The position numbers were made by a program, and so were the translations under genes. A stretch of DNA of 64,000 nt from the human T2T-CHM13v2.0 reference genome, Homo sapiens, in NCBI RefSeq assembly GCF_009914755.1, contig NC_060928.1; one strand, written 5' to 3'. Positions 12,801 to 30,666 of the stretch are shown here, one piece after another; the first letter of the stretch is position 1, and each line of letters starts with the position of its first letter. The notes beneath the pieces were generated by a model. The model did not search any database and was not told the DNA's origin. It saw only the letters and a program-made list of their open reading frames with translations.

Positions 12801-15537
12801 TGCCTCAACAACTGGACTCCGTTTCTGAACTCTTCTTTCTTCCATTTACAAAACGGATGGTAGATAGATGGTTTTTAAGCTGTGATCCATAAAATTAATT
12901 TGTTTTCTACCTTCCAAAATTTGTCAACATCTCTTTTCTGCTGTCGTGGCCTTTCCTGTTCGGTTTTGTTCTTGTGTGTGTACGTGTGTGTATGAATTTT
13001 TTAAAATTTCTTTACTATCATTTTCTTTTCGGAGGTCTGCTCAGGTTGTGTAAAGTATTTTGAAATAGGACTTTAGGAAGAGAGGTGCTGGAGAAGAAAA
13101 AGAAAATATTAGTCACTCCTTCACGTCTTTAAAATTCTTTTTTCCAGATCACCTTATGTTTGTACAAGTTAAAGTTGAATCTCAAATGCCTCTGAATATA
13201 GTATAAAAGTTTTCACAGCTGTGGTCAATATGGTTGCATTATTCTTTCCGGCTCTTTGGTGATGTCCTGTATTAAGGATGTAGTGTTCTGAAAAATTGTG
13301 CTCACTCCTGAGACTTTAAAAATGGAGTCAACAAAGCCCAATGACTTTTAGTCAACAAAGAAACTAAAAGTTAGAAATGAGCACTAGATGAGAGAACAAT
13401 GCCACTGTAAAATACTCTTTTTTAAAAAAATACACGCAAAGCTTCATATGTTAATACCCCAAGCTCCAAGATGGCCAATTTATTTTTGAAACAAGAAACA
13501 CCTGTTTATTATCAACCATAACAATAATATGTTTAATTTTGAGAGAATCTTTTTGGCAGTTGTTAATAAGCCATACTGTAAGATTTAAAATAGTTTTAAT
13601 ATATTCTAATGGACTTCTTATAAGGCATGAGAAAATATATTTAGATGTTTTCTTTGCTTTCACGTAAGTTCAGCATTAAACATATGCCTTCCGTTAACTT
13701 TAGTCATTATTTCACCAGATTGTACTTAATGAAAAAAAGAAATTTAACAGTTGTGTCACTTTATCTTACCGTGTTCTGTAACTCAAGGGAAAAACTAAGA
13801 CAGGATTAACAGTGACCCACAAGTACAGTATATTTTTGAAAAAGCAGTTTTCACTTGTAATGAGTATAAACTAAAACACATGGGAAGAAAAGAATCCCTA
13901 TAGGTAAAAACCTAAGAATGGTCATTCAATTCTACTTCACTTAGTTGACTGGACTAATTTTTTCTGTATTTTCTTTGGTTGCAGTATCTACAATTAAATT
14001 TAAAAAGCTAACTAAAATTTAAAACACATACACATTAAAATTAGCAATTCAACTAGGAGCTCTTTTTGAAAAAGTGAAAAAGCAAAAATATAAATGTAAT
14101 GTTTGTTATAAATTTGAGCATTAAAGTACCTTAATAAATCTTTAATGGCAATTTGCATTTTGATCTTTCCCAGATTTGAGTCTTTCAGTTAAAGTCACTC
14201 TTTCTAGCATTTACCCCTTAGAAAGCAAATATTGAAGGAAATTATCTTCACTGTTGATTTTGATTTTTTACACTTTTTTTTTTCATTTTTGACTATTACT
14301 ATCATCTCTAGGTTGGGCCTATTTTTTTAAAAAAAATGTACATGACCAAAAATATTTAATGTAAGAATGTTTCAAGCACATGTTTAATATGAGGACTTTG
14401 CATCAACCTTGCCACCATTTAAAGAAATAATGCATGGACAAAATCATACAATCTGCCTAAAACGAACTAAATTGGCCTCTTTTTAAGTTAATTCCACGGA
14501 AAAGTAAGTGTGTTTGCTAGCGGCAAGATAGGGTATCACCATCTTTGTCCCTCTTAGTTAGCCACAGATTATTTTATGATTGTTTTAAAGCAATTGAGGT
14601 TAAAAGAAATTAAAAGGGAGAAAGAGTAGTAATGTAGAGAAAAATGCTGTTTTTTTGAACTAATTAAATTTTTTGCTGGCATTATGATATCTTAAAATTA
14701 TATTTAACCTCACTAGATAAGCCCCAATTGAGTATAGAACTATTACGTAAAAACTGACAGTTCTCTTTGTGATGACATGGTGTAATGTAGAACAAGAAAG
14801 ATTTTTTGAGATGTCTCCTCAAAATTGAATACTTGCACATCGATCCTTATTTTCAGATTGTATGAGAATGTTTATTTTTGCATTTGTGACTGGTATTAAT
14901 GAGGAAAATAGTCCAAGGAAAAAACTATATGATTCATTAACTCTTTACTTTTCACTCCATCCTAGCTGCTGTGCTGTTTAAAAATGGCTTCAGAAGATAA
15001 GCAACAGTTTTAAATAATTTGGGTGATTATGTTGGACTCCATTATAGTCTCTGGAGCAATATGTTCATTATTTTTATTTCTCCAAAAAAAGTCAAACAAC
15101 AACCCAAATTGTTCTGGTTGCTTAAGACAATGACTGGAAGCATTTGTATTTCCTATATATCCTAAATGCTGAGATCTGGTCTAACTCATATTAACCTCCT
15201 CTGTAAGGATCACAAATCTTCAGATAATCTCCTGTATCTTAGTAATTTATTTTCTGTCAAACATATAAAACAAATCATGTTAAAACATTCCATTAAAAAG
15301 GGAGGGGCTTGGAGGAAATTTTTCCGTTGTAGTATGTGCTGCCTTTTCTGGAGTTCCTGATGAAACACAGATGTTTCAAAAGTGCCCACAAGGATGGTTA
15401 GCCATGATCAGATTGATCCCTGGTTACTCTCTGAAACATTGTGCTTCCATTCTTTGTATCAAAATATATTGCCCTCTTTCGCAGAATGAATTCAAGTGAA
15501 TTTTCAACCAAAACTTCAATTAAAAACACTCAAAGTG

Positions 15538-15882
<345 letters not shown>

Positions 15883-18800
15883 TTAGAATTTTTATAATGG
15901 CTTATAATGCATTTCTTCCCAAAACGTTCTAAACATAACTTGTTTGGGAGTAAATGTCTCTTTTGACTTTAAGCAGGGCCAATATTTACATGTGAACCAT
16001 AAGTTCAGCTCTTGTGGATACTGTGCAATATTCTACAGTGACAAAGAAATCAGTTTACTTGAGAAAGTAATTGGTTGCGTGGGTAGCTCCTTCCAAAGGC
16101 CCATATTGGAGAAGAACCACTGAGAATGTAGTATTCTATCTAGTTTGGAATCTTTGACTTTGAAAAACTAATGAAGAAAGTATATGCTATACTAGAAAAA
16201 TTCTAAAATCAAAGAAACAACCTAAAGACCATTAAGATAGCTTCTAAAGACAATGACGGAGGACTGCCATTCCATCCTTGATACTTATGCAGATCTCTTT
16301 GCATAAATATAAAGAAAAATGTGAGTGAATGACTTTTCAAATCATCTTGATTTTCTTTTCAAATGACCCCAATTAGCACCATACTTTTATTAGAAGTTAA
16401 AATCAAATTGGGACTAATCTAGTCATTAATATAAAATAGTTGCATGTATTTCAGAATATTTAAACTGTATCACAATATTTATTGCAATGTCTTTATATTT
16501 TTAGGGCCCAGATCATTTCCTTTAACTAATACTGTATAAAAACCTCTTATTATTCCATTATCCAGCCTGATAAGGATTTTTAAATTTGATGTGATTCTGA
16601 ACCTACAGTTAATACTTTGACGAGTATAATTTAAATCATAACTAATTGTTGAATTTATAGAATAAATTCCCAGTCTTTCCAGACAGAAATTATAGTACCC
16701 CTGTGTTCATTATCTGTTGAAAAATATTGAATTTCTAAACATGTTTCCAAAATATTTGCCTTTCAGTTTTGCATACTTGTATTTCTAATTTTCTTCCATG
16801 CTGAGGCATCTGTTCATGATTTCTAGCTTATTTTCAAAATCTTTTTGTGTTAATGTTTTGGATTTGGTATTCAGATTCTTTATGTGCTGAGGGACTTCTG
16901 GAGACCTACTCACAATAATGACTTTTTGGATTCATAAATTTAACTCCAGTATAAACATTATTACTTTTTTTTCACTTGGGAAAATATTCAACTTTTTACT
17001 TCTACTCATTAAACCAAATCTGTGTTGTTACTTTTGTTTGTTTTGTCTTTACACTTTGGACGTTAGGATATATTAATGGCTGAGATCACATTTGCAGTCT
17101 CTCTGAAAATTGATTTTTAAAATACAATTCTGATTCCAGAATACAGAGGGAAAACTTTACACGACCAAAAGGGAGCTTTTGTTTGTTTTAGGGAGGGATA
17201 GTCATATTTTGAGAGAAACTTATCCTTTCGAAGAGCAAGGAAGCTGGATTCCCCAGGATGGAACTACTTGGCTCTCTTTTCTGCAACAGAATTGTTGCAT
17301 TAAGGTAAAAGTCAGGCTGCGGTTATATGCATTTTCTGTTAATTTACTGAAAAATGCTCTCCTTCCATTTATATTCTTTGTAAACTGCAAGTCTAAGAGA
17401 TAATATATGTTCCCATCTTTATCTATGGCTATAGAAAATGACATAGATAAATACCACTTTGTGCTAAAAATAAGCCTATAGTAATACAGAGGTCAGTCTT
17501 GAGTCATGCGGTACACAAAACAGACTGGATTTTGAGTCATGGCATCTACACAAAATGCAATACTGCTGAATTTTTATATTAAGAGGCTTTGGCTGAAGGA
17601 ATTCAGACACATACACAGTATGGACCCAGAAATCTTGCCAAGAAAAGTTGAGTTGAAAATGTAGGGGAACTGATCCAAGAATAGGCCTTAAACATGTTGC
17701 ATCCATTACTCGCAGCTGTGTACATGAGAAGTGACTTTTTATCCCACCTCCCAAAACCCTATCCAGCACTGTCACTTTTTTTTTTTTTTGCCAACTTGCT
17801 GACCTTTCTGTTCCCACAAAAGGAAAATGTGATTATTTAAAACATTTCTGCAACAAAAAATGCATCTAATGTATTTGCTATAAATACAACACATTTTTAA
17901 AGAGAAATTTCTTATAAGTTCAGTTTTGTGAGTAAATAGTAATTAATCAAAGGTGTGGAGAAAACCAACCTGGATTCAGAGAGCTAATGGATACTGCATT
18001 AGGTGCTTTTGGAAAGTAAAGATTTAGAGGAACTCCGGTTACTTAAGTGATAAGGAATTATTATAAAGGTACTTGGCAAAGAAAGAAAAAGCCAGAAATC
18101 CATTTCAGTAGACCTGGAAGAAATGAATGTCAATCAAGACATGTCAACAATTGTTCACTCAAGGAAGTGAGAGAGCATAAAGAGATGCCATAGGTACCTC
18201 ACTGTAGCCACCTGTCTAGTTCCCATGTGCTTTGCTTCTCCTGCTTACGCCACCACTGCTGACTGATGTTCCCATTTTATCTCCACGTTCACTTTCCCAA
18301 AGATAGGATCTGATCAATTTGATGAGTCTTTATCTAGTATAGAGCCAGATCATTTTATGGATGCCAATAGTTGGAGTTCTTTGGTCAGCTATTGATTCCG
18401 TCAGTCAATTGGCATCCAAGTTACAGGAGTGATGCCATGAAGCCAAGCAGAAAATCCAAAAAAGTGGCCTTTGGAAGGCCTTGCTTGACTTGTGCAGCCC
18501 CTATATCTTAACCATAAATGTATATATTAGAATAATAAAAAATATTTCGTAAAATATAAGGTGCATTTTAAAAATACCTTATTTTGTTAAAATTTCCTAG
18601 CACAGTATTTTAATTTCTCCAAGAAATAATATAAAAAAATTAAAAGAGGAATAATTTGTATCATTGCTATTTTTTCTGTCTCTGATGGTAACTAATTCTT
18701 ACTGAGGGTATTGTGTTGATATAATTGCTTCTCTGTTCCAGTAAGCATAATGGATTTATCCTGTTTTATGTGTGTATAAATATGTGTGACATACAGGGGG

Positions 18801-19689
18801 AAAGGTCCAGTATTTCCCAGTGTTAGGAAATATCTTTGTTTGTCTATTGACCTAACTGATCCTAAGGTAGCTTCATCCAAAGACTCCCACCATTTCCATT
18901 ATTTTTGTGGGTGATATGTATTTGATGATTTTAGAACTGTTGATAATCACAAACAGGAGACTTACCTTTTTGTCTCCCACACTCAAAAAGTGTGATTTGC
19001 CAATTCACACACAACTAAATTGTGACAGAAATAATGACATTATTGAATTAGAGAAGAATTTAGGAACCCCAGAGGTAATATCATAGGACTGTTAAACATT
19101 ATTTGGTATTATTGGATATAAAAACTAACTTTAATTTTTATTTGTATCCATCAAAACTGCTTAATTTTTATAACTTTTAAGGCAGTGTTTATTTCTGCTA
19201 TATTTGATTGTGAAGTTTATTTGCCTACACATATAAATTGCATAAGCAATTTCTTCTAAATGTGTTGTAGATGTTTATAATACAAATAGAAATACTTAAG
19301 TACTTATTATTACTTATATCACAGCTATATTTAAAATTCTTTAGATCCAATATTAGTTTTTTACTAATTTATTGCCTAAAATGACTAATTGAATTTGACA
19401 TTTCCATTAATGCCAAGGAGTAAAACTGTTTTGCCATAACAACTTAAATGAAATTCAAATGATTAGTTTTGAAGTTTGGAAAATTTCTAAATCTTTATTA
19501 CCATGGAATCCAGTGGTCATCTAACAGCTGCAGTTGTATTAACCATGGTAATTCAAAATTGCCACAAATTTGGTTCAGGTACCAACATTTATTTACTCAG
19601 TGCTTACACATAGTACCATAAGAGATTGAACGATGAATAAAATAGGAACACTGCCTTTGAGATCTTACTAGTTCAGCACTGTAATAGCT

Positions 19690-19885
19690 ATGTTCCTAAA
19701 GTATCTCATTTAATACAACTTAAAACAATCCAATGACATGCGTATATTACTCCTATTTTACAGACATATTTGAGGCTCAAAAAAGTTAGTTTTCTGAAAA
19801 TTACACATCCAGAAAGTGTAAGAGGCAGAATTTGAACTGAAGCCTGTCTGACTCCTGCGTCTGTGGTCTTTAGTTTTCACCATTC
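19690..19885 (-). mobile_element. MIR
   Basis: 'cctattttacagacatatttgaggctca..ggcagaatttgaactgaagcctgtctgactcc'. Confidence 0.7.
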
Positions 19886-20094
19886 TTCAATGCAGTATTA
19901 TCACTGAGTGACATGACGCAGCTGTGTTTGTGGTCGGGAGGATAACATAAGGCAGCAGGTGGAAAAAACATTTGATTCATTTGCATTTGCTAGTTTATCA
20001 TTGTAGAGAAAAATGTTATTAGGCCACTTCTTCTGCAAAGAGGCAAGGTATATTTGAGGAGCAGATTGTAGCACACTTAAAAAGAACGACTGTA

Positions 20095-20467
<373 letters not shown>

Positions 20468-20558
20468 TCATGTGTGTCCTCCTAAGGATATTAGGTTTGG
20501 CTTTGTCGATCACAAAGCAGAGATCTGAGCAGGTTTGTGTTTTTGAAAGATAACTTTG

Positions 20559-20892
<334 letters not shown>

Positions 20893-21042
20893 AACTGACT
20901 TTGGTAGCATGGAAAGGGGGTACTGATGAGGTGAGAAAAGGGGAGACAATGAATATTTAGGATGCTATTACAAAGAACCAGGTATAAGGTGATAAGGGTC
21001 TAGGTCTGGATGGTGCTTTCATGAATAGAAAAGGAGGGATGA

Positions 21043-21342
21043 GGCCGGGCGTGGGGGCTCATCCTGTAATCCCAGCACTTTGGGAGACCGAGACAGGCGG
21101 ATTATGAGGTCAAGAGTTCGAGACCATCCTGGCCAACATGGTGAAACCCCATCTCTACTAAAAATACAAAAATTAGCTGGGCGTGGTGGCACATGCCTGT
21201 AGTCCCAGCTACTCAGGAGGCTGAGGCAGAAGAATAGCTTGAACCCGGGAGGTGGAGCTTGCAGTGTGCCGAGATCGCGCCACTGCACTCCAGCTGGCAA
21301 CAAAGCGAGACTCCCTCTCAATACAAAGAAAAGAAAAGAAAA
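21043..21342 (+). mobile_element. Alu (AluSc-like) with (GAAAA)n tail
   Basis: Dimeric Alu; degenerate TSD agaaaagga. Confidence 0.95.
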
Positions 21343-21622
21343 GGATGGGTGAGATTCAAGACCTAACTAAGGAACAACAGAAGCATCAGGATTTGATAAT
21401 GGATTTTACGTAGGACTTGGAGGAAAGACAATTGAAATTTCTACCTTGGTTAACTAGATGGAGAGCTATGTGAACTGAGACACTAGGGACACGGGGAATG
21501 CCTGCAGGGGTCAGGGTGGCAGGTGGCATTTGACTTTGGATGTGTCGCATTAGAATTACTTATGAGTAGCCACAGTAAGCACTGGACATCATGGTGTAAT
21601 ACAATCAGAAATGAAGAGCCAG

Positions 21623-21944
21623 GGCCGGGCATAGTGGTTTACACCTGTAATCCCAGCACTTTGGAAGGCCAAGGCAGGCAGATCACCTGAGGTCAGGAGT
21701 TTGAGACCAGTCTGGGCAACATGGTGAAACCCCATCTCTACTAAAAATAGAAAAATTACAGAGGGTGGTGGCGGGTGCCTGTAATCCCAGTTACTCAGGA
21801 GGCTGTGGCAGTAGAATCGCTTGAACCTGGGAGGTGGAGGTTGCAGTGGGCCGAGATCCGAGATCGCGCTACTGCACTCCAGCCTGGGCAACAGAGAAAG
21901 TCTCAAAAAAAAAAAAAAGAAAGAAAGAAAAGAAAAGAAAAAAA
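21623..21944 (+). mobile_element. AluSx-like
   Basis: Dimeric Alu, A/GAAA tail, TSD aagagccag. Confidence 0.95.
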
Positions 21945-22675
21945 GTAAGAGCCAGGGGAATACAAGAGAGAAAGAGATTAATGTTGATTAATTGGTCCAA
22001 GAAGGCTTTGAGAAGAAGACGACATGAAATGCCAAAGAATAGATAAAATTTCTACGTGTAAAAGTTGAGTAAAAAGGCATTTAAGGTAGGCTAGGAATTC
22101 ACAATGTGTTTTATGTTCACTATTTTGTTGGACATCAACCTAAATTTGCACCCATTTTGATATATTTTTGTTATAATTTTCTCTGACATGCAGAAGTCTT
22201 TACATTGGATTGTAGTCAGGTTAAATGCTTTTGTATATGTTAAATGCTTTGCATGATATACAGCGTTATTCCACCAACATTAAACCAATCATGCTTAACA
22301 ATGTAAATTATTTTTAGGACAATATGTACAATGTAATAACTGCTGTGATAATTATGTTTTCTTCATACAGTGAATATATACAAAAGCCAAGTGATGACCA
22401 ACCTTGAGGGGACAGGAAAGATTTCAGGACAGAAGAGGAGACATCTAAGTTAAGGCATGAAGGACAAATAGGTGTTAGCCAAGGAAGGATGCTCTTCCAG
22501 ACACAGAGGAGAAATGTCCTGGCCAAAGTGGTAGAAACCACGGCTGAAGCCAAAACTGCAAGGAGAGGCGAGGCCACAAAGGATCTTACAGGCCCTACTA
22601 AGGAGCTTGGATGTTATCCCAATGGCACTGGGGGGTCATTTACAGTTTTCAAATTTTTCATCAGGGAATGGATTT

Positions 22676-22678
<3 letters not shown>

Positions 22679-22710
<32 letters not shown>
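22679..22710. repeat. (TG)16 microsatellite
   Basis: Direct read. Confidence 0.95.
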
Positions 22711-22714
<4 letters not shown>

Positions 22715-22832
22715 AGTAGAGATGGTTTCACTATGTTGGCCAGGCTGGTCTTTAACTCCTGACCTCAGGTGATCTGCCTGCCTTGGCATCCCAAAGTGCT
22801 GGGATTACAGGCTTGAGCCACTGTGCCTGGCC
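22711..22832 (-). mobile_element. Isolated Alu left arm (Sx-type)
   Basis: Antisense left monomer with 'tgacctcaggtgatc'; no right arm. Confidence 0.9.
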
Positions 22833-23676
22833 AGGAAGTGAATAGGATCCTATTTTTAAACAGGTGTTTCTGAATGCAGTGTGAAGAATGTGTTGGAGGA
22901 AAACACAAATAGAGGAAGGTATGATACTGCATTCAAGTGAAAGATAATGATTGCATTAGCAGAGGTAGTGATTGTGGTGATGGAAAATATTTTGAATCTA
23001 ACCAGAGGGCCTGTGGATAGATTTCGCATGGTGAGTGGGGGAAGACAGTGCCAATAAGAGAAGATGTTGGAGAATGGCATCTAGATATTTTCCTGAGCAG
23101 TTAAGTGGATAGAGAGGTTTCATTCATGGACGCAGGGAATGCAGGATGAGATACGAGTTTGTGGAAGAGGACTATTTCAGCTTTACAATAGGTGCTTGTG
23201 GGACATCCTACAGAAGACATTAAACAATTGGATATGAGCCTGGCTGAAAACTGAAGTCATGGAATAGCATAATTTGTGAGGTAAACCTTGGAAGATGGCA
23301 GTGATTATGAAAGTCAGAGACAAAGAAAGAAGGAGACAGAAGAAAGGGAGGACGAGAGGAAGGGCAGCTAAGCAAAGGAAGTGACGTGATGTACAGAGGG
23401 CAGAAAAAGGGTAGGGGCATGACTGAGAAAAATCACTTCGTCAAGTGCAAGATAAAACTCGAGTGGTCTCCTGAAATAATAGGCTGAGGAATGGGAGTTA
23501 CTCTCAAGTCAGTAGCATTCAATGAGGATTTGAACATGGGAGGAGCATTTGCAAATATGTCATTAGGAAGATTTAACTAGAATATGGGTTGGAGTGTGAA
23601 TACAGAGGCCATGTAATAGATTATTGAGATATCTAGGATAGTTATAATGAGATTTTTGAAGGAGAGTCATTTTGAT

Positions 23677-24551
<875 letters not shown>

Positions 24552-26270
24552 TTATCAAATTGCACCCCAGAGATTATTATCAGGGTATATTTTTCTTTTA
24601 CCACACACTACAAGAGAAAAAAGACTTAGATATCCATTCACAAGGAATCTCCAATTAGAGGACCGGTAATCTTTGCCAAGGGTGATGATTGGTCATCTTG
24701 GCTAGGCTGGACCTCTACGGAGAAGCTGAAAGACAGCCACACAGCTCAGCCTGGGGTCTGAGCATATCACTTCAGCAGTGATCAACAGAACAATGAGTAC
24801 AGGAAAGGCATGGAGCATTTCCACGGGAATTGCCAGGACACAAGTTGTTCTTTTGCTGGCATCTTTGAAGTCTATAAAAATATAATTCTGGAAATATCCC
24901 AAGAAGAATCTGATGCAAAGTCAAACACATCGAGAATGCTAGATGCCATTTCCATTTAAGTAACTGTCCGTTCTGGGGGTGAGGAGAAGTGTTTGTCATA
25001 GTCTTTGCTGGTGGTCTCTCCGGTTCCACGGTTTTATGGAAGTTACGGTTTTGTTCAGTAGAGTCAATTCTCCCTGCCAGACCACTACAGAGAGCTATTT
25101 TCCTTCAACTGTATTGCTTCAGACAGTCTACAAATATGGTGTTTATTACATGACTTCTTCTATCTTAAGTGTTTATACTGCAGGTGAATTTTTTTTCTTC
25201 TGTGACTTGACTTGTGAGTTGGTTGTTATTGTTTTCCTTTTTCAGCAAGTCTTTATGCCAGGAAAAAGCGTTTTGATTCCCAACAAGCCAACAAGAAAAA
25301 AGACGGGGGATCCTAGCCTATAGACCCAAGTGTTAAGATGCTTTTTAAGAGAGGGGCAATTGGAAGCTGCTTGTAATATGGAGATTAGATATTCTGTCTC
25401 CAGCATGGGAACAGGGCTGGCATCGGTGAACAGGCAACTGCTTGCCTGCCTGCCTGCCTTCCTTGGGCCAGATAAAGGCCCAGAAGGAGCAGCTGCCAGC
25501 CGGGAGGAATGTGAGAAAATAGGAAATTGATTTGAAATAGAATAGGGAAAAAGGCACAAGAATTAATTTAAGAATTTTCAAAGATTCCCTTTTTAGGCAT
25601 ATGTAGTTCCTGCCTCTGCAGAGGAAGGTGATCTTTAGCTATTTTCTCATGAGATTAAAAAGGCATCAAACTCACAGTTAGTACATACATAAGGAAGACC
25701 TGAAGTTGGTTTATTTCTCCATAATTGGAAGAAAATTGAATATAGATTTATATTTTACTCTTTGGAAAGTCTTGTTGATCCTTCAGAAAAAAAAAAGAAA
25801 TGGCATATTATAAATATTCTAACTCTAGGCACAGGAAAAATAGTGCTTTTTTTTTCTTTTTACTAGATACAGTGATATTAATTAAATTTCACATTAACCA
25901 GAGGGGGCTGGACAGCTTTCTGTTTGACTGTGAAGGTCGTAGGGACTCTCATTTTCTATTGACAGCAGTTCCTTTGCTTTAACAGATGCCTTTAGGCATA
26001 TCATAATGTCTCTCTCCACTTCTTTGCTTAAGGGAGTATGGGGAGTCATGTTAACAATATTTAGGATCACTAATAAGTAAGGGAGATGTTTCCCTTATCC
26101 AAACGGACCGAGTTCCGAGTGCGTAACCCTGTGAATAGGATATCCTGGGAGAACATCATGGAAGGGGCAGGATTCACAACGACTGCAGCTTTGTCTGTCT
26201 TCGGGGTCATACTCACCAGCTGCCCTGTGAGAAGGCAGGGGATTGAGCAGTAAGCTTCGAGTTCCTTTTA

Positions 26271-26898
<628 letters not shown>

Positions 26899-27210
26899 CT
26901 ATTCTCATGAAGGAAAGAACTTCTCAACTTCTCACCTCTTAAATGCATTGAAATGTGCCTACTATCTTAACACACCAAATGTTACCATATGGGGTAGAAT
27001 AAAGACAAAAATAGCTGTTCTCTAAATCGTATATGCATTAAGAAGTTAACATTTGGAAATAGCTGAGTGAGCTTCTTTAATTCATTCTTCAAAATAAACA
27101 AACCAAAGCTTGATCTGTAATTTTATAGTGGATAGATAGGCAACAAACTCAGGAGGGTAGAAAGGGAAAAACCTTAAGAAAATGAATGAATTTTAAAATA
27201 CAGCTACTGA

Positions 27211-27844
<634 letters not shown>

Positions 27845-27899
27845 TTAAAGAAACTGGAGGAACCTCCTGGATGGCCATTTAAAGGTTGCAAGTGATCTG

Positions 27900-28010
27900 A
27901 GAGATTTCTTTTTAGAGGGAAAAAATGAGACCCAGATAAATTAAGAGTTACCAAGGTTACACAGCTGGTCAGAAGAATAATATCCTGAACCCAGGTTTCC
28001 TGATTTCTAG
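27900..28010 (-). mobile_element. MIR fragment
   Basis: 'tgagacccaga..ccaaggttacacagctggtcag..tgaacccaggtttcctga'. Confidence 0.65.
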
Positions 28011-29957
28011 AGAATTTATAGAGAAGTAGAGAAATTCTTGAAGGGTGAGCTGTGATGTTTCTTTGCTCCTTTAGTGTGCAAACTATTTAAGCTATTTTGT
28101 TTCTTTTAAATTATTTTATTTTGCAGTGAGTTCATTTTTATCATCAACTGCAGTGACCATTATTTAAGTAGTCTAAAGCTTAAAGATATCTGCTTGTCTG
28201 AGTTTCAGCCATGCATTTTCCTGGCGCTGGTTATGAAACTACATGTTTTTATTAAAGTTGGTAGAAATCATCATCACGCAATAGAGTAAGCTTTTTTATG
28301 GCATAGATGCCCAGAAATAATTTAAGGCCTTTCTCACTAATCATAAATTGCTGTTAATCAGAAACTGACTTGTTTTTTTTCCAGTTAGAAAATTCCTCAT
28401 TCTAGCCATCCTTATGAAACCCTGCCAGAAATTCCTTGAAGGTAAATTTGCCCAACAACCACTGTAGAATACAACCAAAAAAGATGCAGTTATTCAACAT
28501 ACACTTGTACCTAACTTTGAGAACATTTTTACTTATGCTGGCTGCTTATATCATCTGTACTGAGGCTATCTTAGACTCTGTAGTTAAGGTGACATAGTGA
28601 TATATTGATCTAATGAGTAATATTATGAAATTAATTCTAAAATACTCTAACTTCTTCTGCCTTAATTTTTAAAATTCATTTGAATGATCACATTGTACAA
28701 AGCTTTTGTTGAAAATCTTGCAAAGGCCTTTGGCCAAAAATAACATAGTTCTACATATTTTTACAGTGGTTTCTATTTCAGTCAAATGGCCACCAAGGAT
28801 GATAGGCTCTGAAACATCTGGATGGTCCAGTGTCAAAATCTACACGTGGACACTTGCCTTTGTGGTCAGGATCTTCAGTTTGCCATGGCCTCAGGAGTTA
28901 CATTTAACTTGCTCAGCATCGATTAATAGATGCCCTTATTTTGCCTTTCAATGACTCCAGATCTTTTGCAAGACTCAATTCCCTCTGTACAGATACATCT
29001 GTGAAGTTTGTTATCACTCTGAAGCTGAAAGTCCCCAGGACTAGACAGTAATTGAGTTTTCCTTACCTGACAGCCTCTGACTCTACCTGTTTTTCACTCT
29101 CCCTTCTCTCCTCTTTTTAGAGAACTCTCTTCTCCTATATTACTTACTGTGTATGTTTCTATGATTTCCCTTAAGCTGCTGAAGTTGCCCCTAGCAAGAC
29201 CCTAAGCACATTGGCTTTTTACAAACCAAGACAGACCCTAGGTAGAAATTTGCCTAAAAGAATTTGTATATTTTTTCCTACAGGGTATTTTAAATAATGG
29301 AAATACGGTTTTCTACTTTAGTTTTAATCTAGGGATGTCCTGTGACGATTAAACAAGGCATTTCATGTGAAAGAACCTAAGGTGTTTCAGGCACATAATA
29401 GGCATTCAATAAATGTGAGAGGAATTCAAATCTAGAAGGTTTGAAGAAAAAATCTGGTGTGTAAACTAGCTGTCTCTATTTCCCCACCATCCACTTGGTT
29501 TTCAATACCCATTACCTCTGACATTCACCCCATTATTCTACTAGAATTATTCTCCTTTAGATCGAAAATTGCTTCTTCCTGCCAATTTCAAGACCTTTTC
29601 TTCAATCATTAGAAGTATTAATCTGTAACATGTATCTTTGTTAACCATCACCCACACCATTCCCTGTCCCAATTCTTGAAATCTCTACTTGGGGCTTCTT
29701 CGTCGTTTTACACTGCAGATTCTCTCCAACTTCCCAGACGGTGCCTTCTGTCTCCCCATTGGGTGAACTTCCTCTCTCTGGCCCCTCTATGTAAGCATCC
29801 ACCAAGATTCCAGCTTGGCTGGTTGCTGTCTTCGTTTACTCATTGCCTCTGAAATCTCATCTGCTCTCGTAAGTATCACTGTTAGGGAACCAGGTTAGTA
29901 AATCTACATTATAGAACGAAACCCCCTTCTTCCAGCTGCAAACTCCTGGTGGGCACC

Positions 29958-30256
29958 TTTTTTTTTTTTTTTTTTTTGACGGAGTCTCGCTCTGTTGCCC
30001 AGGCTGGAGTGCAGCCGTGCGATCTCGGCTCACTGCAACCTCCGCCTCTCGGGTTCAAGCGATTCTCTGCCTCAGCCTCCCAAGTAACTGGGACTACAGG
30101 CACGCACCACCACGCCCAGCTAATTTTTTTGTATTTTTAGTAGAGACGGGGTGTCACCATCTTGGCCAGGCTGGTCTTGAACTCCTGACCTCATGATCCA
30201 CCCGCCTCGGCCTCCCAAAGTGCTGGGATTACAGGCGTGAGCCACTGCAGCTGGCT
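29958..30256 (-). mobile_element. Alu (AluSg/Sc-like)
   Basis: Poly(T) start, TSD ctg(g/a)tgggcacc. Confidence 0.96.
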
Positions 30257-30666
30257 CTGATGGGCACCTTTAAATACAGATAGCCAAAGCAATGCTCACT
30301 TCACTCCATTTCGTTTCTCTACGCCATTTGTCTTATCATAGAGCTTTCTACTCTTCCTGGGCCTACATGTCTAGATCTACAGCCTGATGACTCAAAGGTG
30401 ATGGTTCTCAGCTACCTCCACCCCCAGTCCTACAGAGGAAGTTCAGAGAAGAGCCTTTAAGAAGATGAAAGAGATGAAAAACAGACCCATGAGGAAATGG
30501 TAGTAATAATGAGTTTAACATGACGATGTGGATTTTAAGGGAAGATTTGAGAATAATTATCATTAAGTATATGAAAGGTCCTTATTGAGAAAATGGTGAC
30601 CAGCTGCTCCTCACTTCTGCGGAAGACCGTGCGGAAGGCATTGAGCATAAATTGTAGCTCTAGAGG

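Noticed and set aside
24682-24760. GTGATGA ... CTGA resembling a C/D snoRNA
   Set aside because: No terminal stem and no recognisable rRNA guide; such motif pairs arise by chance
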